A DNA stretch of 30,581 bases from Marsupella aquatica (Eukaryota > Plantae > Marchantiophyta), in contig OZ316895.1 of NCBI GenBank assembly GCA_973895155.1, forward strand, positions 19,204,122-19,234,702, in the 5' to 3' direction. Each line of letters starts with the position of its first letter. Positions within the stretch are counted from its first letter, which is position 1. Shown here piece after piece: positions 21,401 through 30,581 of the stretch. Below the pieces are notes generated by a model, which was not told the DNA's origin, did no database searches, and worked only from the letters and a program-made list of their open reading frames with translations. The position numbers were made by a program, and so were the translations under genes.

Positions 21401-23679
21401 CAAACCCGATTGCAAAAGCTCTATCCGACAACCACGGAAAGTGTGAAGCTGATACTTTTTCTCAATCTAGTGGTGGGCTAATTAGTGTGTGTGCAGATTT
21501 GAACTCTATTGGTTGGCTAGGTTGTGTGTGCGGTCACCCATCCCAAGTGCTATTCCTCCAACATGGAGCTTAACTATGTGGTTCTTTACTAGTGTATTGT
21601 ACATGGAAGCTTGACAATTAGGGTAAGAAAAGTTGGAAGGAGGTTGAGGCGCACTTGAAAGCTCGGGGAAAAGGGAGAAATGCGGCGGAGGTGTGGATGA
21701 TAATTTGGCGTTCTTGGAAAAAAAACGGGAGCAGTGAAGCTTAGGAGAAGGATTTGTGTGGTGCATAGAAACAAGGCTGGTCGCGTTAGGAAATCCAGAG
21801 AAGAACGATGGCCGGCTGAAAGAGATTGAAGGTTATGGCAGAATTGAGTTTTCCTGCCCGTTTTCTAATGGAAGCTGATGGTCGAAAGTGATTTGGTTGA
21901 GAGGAGAGGGAAGCGCCTGAAGATGGACAGTAAAGTTGATAAGAAGTGGCATACTGGTGACTTGAAGTGACACGGATATGGAGAGGAATTCACAGGCGGA
22001 AGTCGAGAAAAGAGAAGTGGAAATGCGACTGTGAGTTCGGAGGGAAAGAGAAGAGGGATTCGGCCGAGCAGTGGACGGGAATTTTTGAACTTCTTGGAGA
22101 AATACTGTGCGCGCGCAACCTGAAAGCAAAAGCTTTTTGAGGAATAAAGGACTTCAGCAAAAAAGAGTGATGAAAGGTGGGCGGTGATGCGCAGTTCGAG
22201 TGAACCAGGAAGGGAGAGAATCGATGGACATTCTATCGTGGAAGGAGAATGGGAAAAAGGAAATGGCCGATTGTGGGCAATGACTTGTGGTGATTATCGA
22301 AGGATTTTTTTTGTGAACAAATGAGAAGGAAATGTTGCCAAACGTTGAAGGAGAAAGCTTTGCTGCAATGAGAAAGGTCTTAGAGGCTGGGGTCGGGCGC
22401 TGATGACAGAAGCATAGAAGCTCATAAAGATCAAAGTACAGACTGAAAAACGGCATTGGAGAAGCTTGACTTTCGTTGTTATCGTTTGAGGACTTTTCTC
22501 AAGTGAACAGAACAGATTGAGATTCAGGAAGGAAAATGGCAGAGCTTCATCATGGAGGAAAAACAAAATAAAACATGTGTGCTGAAAGTCTGAGCTATGA
22601 TGAAGGTAAAGAGGACTGGAGATCAAAGCAAAAAGAACACGTGATAAAAATCCGAGAATGAATTCTAAGAACGTTGCTGCTGAACGATGGTGTGGGAGGT
22701 TTAATTTTTTGGACAACAAGGAGCGATAGGTGATGGAATTGTGGAAGATGATCGGGAGGAAAGAAATTCGGAGACAAGGAAATAAATTTGCGCTGAAGGC
22801 TGAGTTCGGGAGAAAAAAGAAGTCAGGTTGAGGGAAAAGGAACGGAACTCACGTAAAATTAAAGTAAGGGACACTCTAGCGAAGGGGATAGACAGTCTAA
22901 ACAAGAAGAAAGGAATTGGACCGAATGTGGTGCCAAACATCTTGACCTGATCGTAGAGGTAGAATACATCAGCGGATAAGTGGAAGACTGGAGAAATAAA
23001 CTTAAGGATAGGGGACCAGACTTAAGTTAATAAATTATAACTAGAGGAAGAAAGTAGAGATGACAAGGAGAAAATTTTTCCTCCTTTGGGATTGGGAAGA
23101 CAAGGAGAAGGGGCAGGGGAGAAAGAATTATGGGGTGCTTAAGGAGGAGGAAAGAGAAGCCGAGAAGGAGGCAAGACAACGAATGAAAATGTGTAGAGAA
23201 TGCCTTGGGTTAACAATTGATGATTAGCTAAACAACAGTGAATAAGACCAGTTGAACCTGACCTGGAGACCTGACCTGAGCTGAGTCGAGGCCCCATATG
23301 AGGAAGAGCCGACAATGATGACTTTGTAGACTACAAAGATGTTGTAATTTTGAAACCTTAAAAGGGTTTTAAATGAATAAAAAGGAGAAGAAATAAAGAA
23401 GAGTGTTTCTGAAAAATCTTGGATGTTGCAAAAGTGTTGTGAATAAATTGAGTGAAATCTAGCTATCCTGAAAATAAAGAATAAAAATAAGAGTTGAAAA
23501 TTAATTTGACTTGATTGATTTTAAATGAGTGAACTAAAACAATTTTTGTTAAACCATCTACTATCTACAAAAAGCACCTTAGCTTAAACCAATAAGGAAT
23601 AGAATGAATGAATAGAGAAAATTGTTTGTTTTAAAGAAGCTAAAATATGAAAGGAAGAATTATGCCAAATAGAACCTCT

Positions 23680-24730
23680 TAACTCGGATTGGAACACATT
23701 AAGAAAATTGATACACATGTGATTAAAAGAAAGTAAGAAAGTCCCTAAAATATGTAAGAAACTAGTATTTCATATCGCCATTAACGGTTCCCCGGATACC
23801 GTTTCCAATCCTAACTAACATGGATCACTAAGTCTTTTAACTTACAATTGGACCCCAATCCCATTCTAGTTGCATTGCAAATCACACGTCCAGTTTAATA
23901 ACAATTGGACATGCTTCTCCAATCCTTGAGCGCTTGGAAAACTTTACCGATTATTTATGTCACAAGCACAAATTTCCGTTTCTAATTTAATCACTCATCA
24001 AATTTCCAATTAAATCCGCATTGAAACATCCAATCTTCATAGAATTGCAACTAGCACTTGTACATTTTTGGCCCATTATCCGATGCCACATCCATCGGAT
24101 CCCTTCAAAAATGAGCCAAGTAAAATTGGGCTGTCCGATGCAACACACTACGCACTTTCCCAGTCAAAATGCATTGGATATGGACCATCAGACACTAACC
24201 GGACTTTCCGTTGTGCAACATGACGGACATTCCGATTCAAATTGCTTTGCATCCGTTCCGATTGTTATTGTATCAGATAATGTGGCAACCAGGATCATAT
24301 TTTCTAGGCTATTCGATAGTATCTACATTGAAAGTTCCGATATAAATATGTTCGGAAATTCCGAAGGGATTGTTATTGCATAATGCGATTCTTTTTATAT
24401 CGGTTTGTCCGTAAGCATTGGTAACGGATAATCCAATTGTTTAAGTATCGGATACGTCAATTCGTTTGGTTAAGGTTGGAAGAGGGGTCCGATATTATTT
24501 GAATGGGAAATTGCAATATCTACTGCAACGAAAGGTCCGATAGGTTTGGGAATGGAACTACCATTGTAGGATGAAACGGACCCCTTATCGGATGCTCCAG
24601 TTTTAGTTCTTGGGGGGAATGTAGGGTTTCATGGGGTTCATATTTGGGGTCTAGGACAATTTGAATCCAAAATGAGTCTCAAAACATGTAGTCAAAATAT
24701 GATTCCAAAAAGGGGATCACCCCGATATGT
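23680..24730. repeat. Cluster of TCCGAT/ATCGGA motifs and CpG-decayed TCCAAT/ATTGGA variants in both orientations
   Basis: Examples near 24078, 24094, 24133, 24230, 24256, 24335, 24447, 24487, 24535 and 24587. A second cluster lies at 26030-26210. Confidence 0.55.
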
Positions 24731-24899
24731 ACAAAATGGAATGGGCCCGAGGTACCTAGTAGCCCATCTCAAGGCTGACTGCTCCTTGTAACACCTGAAT
24801 GGAAGTCTCACTAAAGACTATACCACTATAGTACCTGCTAGTATCAAATCAAAGCTATGGAACACAATGTACCTACCTACATGTCACTGACCTCTAAAA

Positions 24900-26760
24900 T
24901 GGTGCTTTTCGTCCCTTCTTCTTCTGGCGAGAACAAGGATGGGAAACAACCTTGGCAAGTGCCTGCTCACCGGATGGTAGGTCTAATGTTGGGGTAGCCC
25001 CTGACCCACTAGATACACCAGTAGGGGGCTCAGGCCCAATAGATGTCCCACCAGCCCCCGACCCAGCAGTGTGAAAGGACGCATCACCCCCCCAGCGGAC
25101 CTGCTAGAGTGATGGGAGGCTGCAGCTGCAGATGGTATCTCTGGCCCATGCCGTGCTGTGCTCCCACCTGACTCACGGGACAATGCTCGGCCCCTAGAAC
25201 CACCATCGTCCAAGTCACCACTGACTCTACGGGAAGGGCTAGGTGGGCCAGCCACTCTAGAGTGATGGCTTGGGCCAGCACCACCTCTACTACCCCCTGA
25301 ACGCCCTGGCCTTGCAACACGTGATGCTCCCTGTGACTGATGGGAGCTCACACCAACAACATGTGACCCACCTCCCCTCCCTGGCAATCTGGGGGTAACT
25401 CTAGAAAGGGTAGGGGCTAGAAGGAGTAGGGGCAACTATAGGAAGAGTAGGGGAAACCCTAGGAACAGTCGGGGCTACTCAACGTACAGTCTGGGCAACA
25501 TTTGGCTCACCCTCCAACCCTGCCTCACCTCCTGAGTCCTCATCCTCTGGCCCCTCCTTACCATAAGTCTCCTCATCTTGTACAACATAATTTAATTGAT
25601 TAATTAATATGAAGGAACCCCGTCAAAACTGTACAAATGTACTAGTACTTAAGCCACCTAGCTAGGGCGAGGGAACCCTTACCTCTCCCAACTCATCATC
25701 AATGTGCCGCTTCAAAGCCCGAGGTCCTTCCTTTGCCGCTAGGTCCCTTTCTTTTGGATCAATGGGACGACCATACTCCTGCTCCTGACATTTTATAATT
25801 AAAGGAGCACATTAGCATAATAAAGTATGTTTCAACCATGAAATGCCCTCCCAACTCAGTCCTGGCCTAAACCAAAGTGTCCCCTCTCACAAATCTATAA
25901 CTCATAATTATAAGTTAATAAACCCCTAACCTAACCTCTAAATAAAAAACAAATATCATTCCAACAAGGGGTCCAATGCACAATGTTATGCACGTCCTAG
26001 CAACTGCCCTATCCTATCCTAGATTTGGCCCTGGCCGATGGATTTGTTTAAATTTGACATTCCATAAACACTCGGAACCATGAGGGGTCCGATGTCACGT
26101 CCGATGCAGGTTCTATTAGAAGTGTATCGGACATTCCTTAAAAAAATTTGAATAATACAAGGTCCAATGCTGCTTTTGATGCGGGAACCATCGGATGAGC
26201 ATCGGACACTACAATCCCACGAGGCAAAAAACATGTTTTGCAAAGGCTTATATGCAAAACTCGACAAGCAAACAGCTCACTTTTTGCAAGAGAAGTCAGG
26301 TGGTCAGGGAGAGGAGCGAGGGCGGAGGGAGGAGCCACTTACAAACTTGGCCTTCAAATGATTGGAGCCGCCTTGCCCCATACGCATCACAATGGGTCTC
26401 TCTCCCACTCGTTGCAATGTTGCTATGATGCTTGCTGGGAGGTTTTGGAAGCCGTGCTGCTTCAGCTGCCCATTGTCGAAGGCTGTGTTGGAAAGGGAGG
26501 AGGATGTCCTCCCCAGCTGCTCTTTTCTCCTTTGCAATCCTAATTTTGTTGTCCTAATGCCGTCTCTTCAGCCAGGCTCAAACAGATAGCTCCTCCTCAA
26601 GCCAAGCTGTCCATGCATCCTCAGGAAGCAAGTCTAGACATTGGTGCTCCCTGACCACCTCTGCATCTATTGGCAAATCAGCAAGGTAATCCCTCATCTT
26701 GTCCCGCACATGATTCCTTGCGTCTAAGATTGAGGCTGAAATTCGCTTGTTTAAAAATCT
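24900..26760 (-). pseudogene. Decayed multi-exon gene of unknown function, probably transposon-borne, cut by LINE copy B
   Basis: Frame ..KMRDYLADLPIDAEVVREHQCLDLLPEDAWTAWLEEELSV*AWLKRRH*DNK.. contains internal stops. Downstream acidic and Gly/Ser/Pro-rich segments are separated by AT-rich intron-like blocks. Confidence 0.35.
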
Positions 26761-26781
26761 GTTGTCAACGTAGGCTCCATT

Positions 26782-27644
26782 CGCGATCTGTTACGTCTCC
26801 AGTTTCGCGATTCTGAGCTCGGGGCGAAATTTCACTTCGAGTTGGAAGGGCAATCGGCTGCGGTTTAAGCTCAGACTTTGCCAGAGCATTGGAAACAACG
26901 AGAATGTATCACTGGAAAAGTTAGAGTTGCAACCGACATCGTTTGGTATGCACTTTAGCATGCGCGATCTGTTACGTCTCCAGTTTCGCGATTCTGAGCT
27001 CGGGGCAAAATTTCACTTCGAGTTGGAAGGGCAATCGGCTGCGGTTTAAGCTCAGACTTTGCCAGAGCATTGGAAACAATGAGAATGTATCACTGGCAAA
27101 GTTAGAGCTGCAACCGACATCGTTTGGTATGCACTTTAGCATGCGCGATCTGCTAAGTCTCCAGTTTCGCGATTCTGAGCTCGGGGCGGAATTTCACTTC
27201 GAGTTGGAAGGGCAATCGGTTGCGGTTTGAGCTCAGATTTTGCCAGAGCATTGGAAACAGCAAGAATGTATCACTGGCAAAGTTAGAGCTGCAACCGACA
27301 TCGTTTGATATGCACTTTAGCATGCACGATCTGTTACATCTCCAGTTTTGCAATTCTGAGCTTGGGGCGAAATTTCACTTCGAGTTGGAAGGGAAATTGG
27401 TTGCGGTTTAAGCTCAGACTTTGCCAGAGCATTGGAAACAGCGAGAATGTATCACTGGCAAAGTTCGAGCTGCAACCGACATCGTTTGGTATGCACTTTA
27501 GCATGCACGATCTGTTACGTGTCCAGTTTCAGGATTCTGAGCTTGGGGCGAAATTTCACTTCGAGTTGGAAGGGCAATCGGCTACGGTTTGAGCTCAGAT
27601 TTTGGCAGAGTGTTGCAAACAGCGAGAGTGTATCACTAGCAAAG
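26782..27644 (+). repeat. About 4.75 tandem 181-bp monomers (LINE 5'UTR)
   Basis: GATCTG anchor at 26785, 26966, 27147, 27328 and 27509. Confidence 0.96.
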
Positions 27645-27651
27645 CTTTGTG

Positions 27652-28422
27652 ATGGCAACGGAGGAGATTGCCCATCTCAAGGCTTTGCTTGAGAAAATCT
27701 TAGTTGTGGCTGAAAACTCCGCAATTGAGATTACCACACTCAGCAAGGAGGTGACGGAGCTAAAGAATGAGAATGTCAAGCAAAAGAGGTTGATTAGTGA
27801 TCTTCGATCTCAAACTCAGGAGAATGGTAAGCAACTCTCATTGCTTGCATCGTGTTTTGGAGACATGGAGAAGAGTATGTGCCCAGAGAAATCAGTGATA
27901 CATGAGGCTGTAGGGGAGATTGAGGAGAAGCTCAAAACCTTTGCATAGGCTACAAAACAATCACATATGGAATTTGTCCAAGCCAAGGAGGAGGAGAGGA
28001 GAGCACTAGAGGAAGAACACAAGAACCAGCATGCAAGAGTCAGCAACTGCAAAATATCAGGCCTTGTTGAGGAGGAGAAGGAAGACACCAAGAAGGTAGC
28101 AATTTCATTCTTCCAATCTCAGATGAAAGTGCATGACCCTATCATTTTGCAAGCATATAGGATTGGGCAAAAGAAGGGGGACCTTCCACGTCCAATCTTG
28201 GTGAAGTTTGCAGCTGAATCCGAGAAAGCTAGAGTGATGGCTAACAGGAGCATGCTTAAAGGGCTAAGGATTTGGTTGGATGATGATCTGACTCCCACAC
28301 AAGTCCAAGCAAGGAAAATTGAGCTTGAGAAGGTGAGGGTAGCCAAAGACCAAGGATTGGTAGCCTACTTGCGCAATGGACAAGCTGTTGTTACCAATAA
28401 GAAGAGAGTTGTTTCTAAATGA
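27652..28422 (+). pseudogene. LINE ORF1 with premature TAG at 27946-27948
   Basis: Copy A has CAG at this codon, and the two flanking ORFs share a frame. Confidence 0.9.
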
Positions 28423-28443
28423 TGGATTGGGACCTTGAGAGTC

Positions 28444-28902
28444 ATGGCATGGAATGTTTCAGGACTTTCCATAGAAACAGCAATTGGAGGGGAACCTTTG
28501 TTTGAGAATTTTGACATCTTGCTTTTCACAGAGACTTGGGAATAAATCTCAGTACAACTTAGACAACTTATTGCTCAGTATAGACTAAGCTCACACCACC
28601 TTGAAGTAGAACAAGGGAGATGGAAGGATATTGACAGGAAAAAGAGGGTTTGTCAACTATGTGATAGCTCTAGTATAGAGAATGAATATCATGTATTCAT
28701 TGCTTGCAAGTTTTATGAGGGGGTTAGGATGGCATCTCAAATCTTGGTGAAATATTTGTATGCATTGTTTGGTCTGCCCCCTCAGCAACTTGGAAGATAT
28801 ATCTATGCGGTGGATAGGGAAAGGAGAATAGGTTTGGAAAATCTTTCAGGGCTCTCTAGGTCCATAGGGCTCTCTAGGTCCATAGTTTCTTTGAGGACAT
28901 AG
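28444..28902 (+). pseudogene. ORF2 remnant: APE start fused to the C-terminal Cys/His region
   Basis: MAWNVSGL..ETWE, junction at about 28545, then QYRLSSHHLEVEQGRW..CQLC..ENEYHVFIAC..RT*. Contains an in-frame 18-bp duplication (GLSRSI x2) near 28848-28885. Confidence 0.88.
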
Positions 28903-28972
28903 TTGTCCTCTTCTGAGCAATCTCTTTTGGTTGCTCTTTTCTTTGATTGCATTGTACTTTACTTTTTGTGGC

Positions 28973-29030
28973 AGCTCCTTTGACTTTCATGGTCCCGGAG
29001 CTTATAATACATTACCATTACCATTACCAT
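28973..29030 (+). other. LINE 3' stem-loop and (CATTAC)n microsatellite tail
   Basis: AGCTCC..GAC-tttcatg-GTC..GGAGCT is followed by cattac x3.5. Confidence 0.7.
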
Positions 29031-29157
29031 CTACCCCAAGTACACCTATGTTTCTCACCTCCGTCACACGCTTTTTTGCTTGAATTTTAGGGCGTGCCAT
29101 GTCTGCGCATGAGATAGACTCTACAATTTAGCAGACTGCACAAAAAGTAAAATATAC

Positions 29158-29233
29158 CATTCTTGCTTATGGGTTTTCCTGGTTATACGGATTATCGAGG
29201 GGTGAGACAAATATACAAGAAATTGTAAATGGG
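29158..29233 (+). pseudogene. ndhB: Plastid-derived ndhB fragment (NUPT)
   Basis: Translates to [25 protein letters not shown]. Confidence 0.85.
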
Positions 29234-29236
29234 ATT

Positions 29237-29287
29237 CAGATCCCATTCACGACCCATGTAGCAAGCTACACCAAGTAAGAAATGAAG
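29237..29287 (-). pseudogene. psbA: Plastid-derived psbA fragment (NUPT), inverted
   Basis: Translates to [17 protein letters not shown]. Confidence 0.9.
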
Positions 29288-29365
29288 ATTCCTACTTTAT
29301 TAACAGCAACTTCTGTATTTATTATCACTTTCATCGCAGCTCCTCCAGTAGATATTGATGGTATT
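29287..29365 (+). pseudogene. psbA: Plastid-derived psbA fragment (NUPT)
   Basis: Translates to [26 protein letters not shown]. Confidence 0.93.
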
Positions 29366-30553
29366 TAGCATTTAAGGTACAAAGGCATTTGCTACTGCAA
29401 TGAATTGGAATGGCCACACAAGGATGCAGAACATGCTTTTGGTATGTTGAGCCCACACACTGTAAAACTGATCCCCTAATACAATTGCTCCACCAACACC
29501 TCAATTTTAATTGTGGCTATGATTCACCAAAGGAGATCTGCAACAACATTTCATGCATTTGAATCACATACAATAGTCATGACATGTAAAACAGACATTC
29601 TTTGAAGTGGATTGGTATGGAGCAGTGTCATAAGGGTTGAAATTTATACATCCTAAATAGGCTATGATAGTGGCTGAGACAAATAAGTCAGGCATAAATC
29701 ACATTTTCCAGGTTATCAAATAGCTCATTAATTCATTGAATGTTGCAATGTTCACTAGGTTAAAGCAGTCATGAAAGCAGTCTTTCAATAGGGATTTTTA
29801 AGTGAGTTTGCTAGCCTCTTAAATTAGGATATTTTGCTTAAAGTAGGCATAATTTAGGATAAGTTATGTACTGTTGACCCTAAACCCTGGACCCAAAATT
29901 GCTCGTACATCAAAATTTTAAGTAAATATCCTCTGTGTTGAAGTCAGAGTGTTAAGCTATAGGTCACTGGTCTCTGGTCTGTGCATGTGGTGTGACAAGT
30001 GGTCCTCTAGAGCATGTGATCCAAACATGTGTAGACACCAAAGTCACCGGTGGTGGGGTTTGGGAGGGCAGGACAAGTGACATTACCAGGCACACTGCAG
30101 GATGGCGAGTGGTTCCAGATGATACATTGTGCTTTGTGCAAATATTGACATCCAAGAGAACGGTCATCCAACTCTAGGCCAGAAGCCCTACATGCAGGAC
30201 AGTCATATTGGCAACTGTGCACACACCCTTGGCACCTAATTTGTGGCAGGTCAGGTACAAGAGACACAAATACCAAGGATGTCGGGAAGGGTACTGAAGC
30301 AGGTAGAGGCCGGCTGTAGTTGTTCCTGGAAACAACAGGGTACTCAAAGTACCATGCAGACTGGGCTGGAAGGATCCCAAATTTGACATACTCAAGGTGC
30401 AACATCTCTGCCTTGCGTGCAAGCCGCACATGTTCAGTGTTGCGGGTCCTCACCATAAGTGTTGCTTTTGTTGTGATGTCCTCTGTTCACGTCCTTTGAT
30501 GAGCAAGGTGAGCAGGAGGTCGACTTGCCTCGCCAACAGCAACCAACCTAAAC

Positions 30554-30581
30554 TGGTAATGGTAATGGTAATGGTAATGTA
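30554..30581 (-). mobile_element. 3' tail of a probable third LINE copy extending beyond the window
   Basis: (GGTAAT)4-GTA is the reverse complement of the TAC-ATTACC.. tail junction of copy B. Confidence 0.7.

Larger units (their letters stand above)
26782..29030 (+). mobile_element. LINE copy B: 5' monomers, spliced UTR, ORF1 with nonsense codon, ORF2 with a ~2.75 kb deletion, 3'UTR and (CATTAC)n tail
   Basis: Near-identical to the reverse complement of 1-118 and 2874-4167, apart from monomer number and the missing intron. Confidence 0.95.

Noticed and set aside
21506-22940. Phe/Leu/Ser-rich minus-strand ORFs as membrane proteins
   Set aside because: They are compositional artefacts of the purine/pyrimidine skew, with no recognisable motifs.
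25920-25942. CCCTAAC-like telomeric remnant (also near 29877)
   Set aside because: Too short and degenerate to support.
26782-27644. 181-bp repeats as a CRISPR array or as coding ORFs
   Set aside because: The units are full tandem copies with no unique spacers. The small ORFs are by-products of the LINE UTR repeat.
1-29030. Inverted LINE copies as TIRs of one giant composite transposon
   Set aside because: The copies differ in monomer number, intron state and lesions, and each interrupts different sequence. Independent insertions explain this better.
29964-30456. Overlapping ORFs of 61-149 aa near the right edge
   Set aside because: No recognisable motif in the frames I read, so they are left unassigned.

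Overview
Eukaryotic, land-plant repeat-rich DNA, probably a liverwort or other bryophyte. The evidence is TTTAGGG repeats, GT-AG introns and plastid ndhB/psbA scraps. I see no intact host gene. Three copies of one RTE-X/L2-CR1-group-like LINE frame the window. Copy A (1-4167, minus) has an apparently open APE-RT ORF2. Copy B (about 26782-29030, plus) is internally deleted and lacks a 5'UTR intron that copy A retains. Copy C is only a (CATTAC)n tail at the right edge. Between copies A and B lies a decayed multi-gene DNA-transposon-like unit: a ParB/Srx-like (DGNHR) gene sits head-to-head with a GCM-domain/MULE-type DDE/SWIM transposase, followed by a small convergent gene. At least 8 copies of a 16-18 bp palindrome (CTAGCGAnnTCGCTAG) lie in its non-coding DNA. 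The transposase is split by a 5'-truncated L1 and an LTR-like fragment. Further right are a second LTR-like fragment, an N6/N4-type DNA-methyltransferase-like pseudogene, a NIF/FCP1-like phosphatase pseudogene, clusters of TCCGAT motifs and a mosaic of short plastid fragments. All family assignments come from reading motifs by eye; no searches were run.
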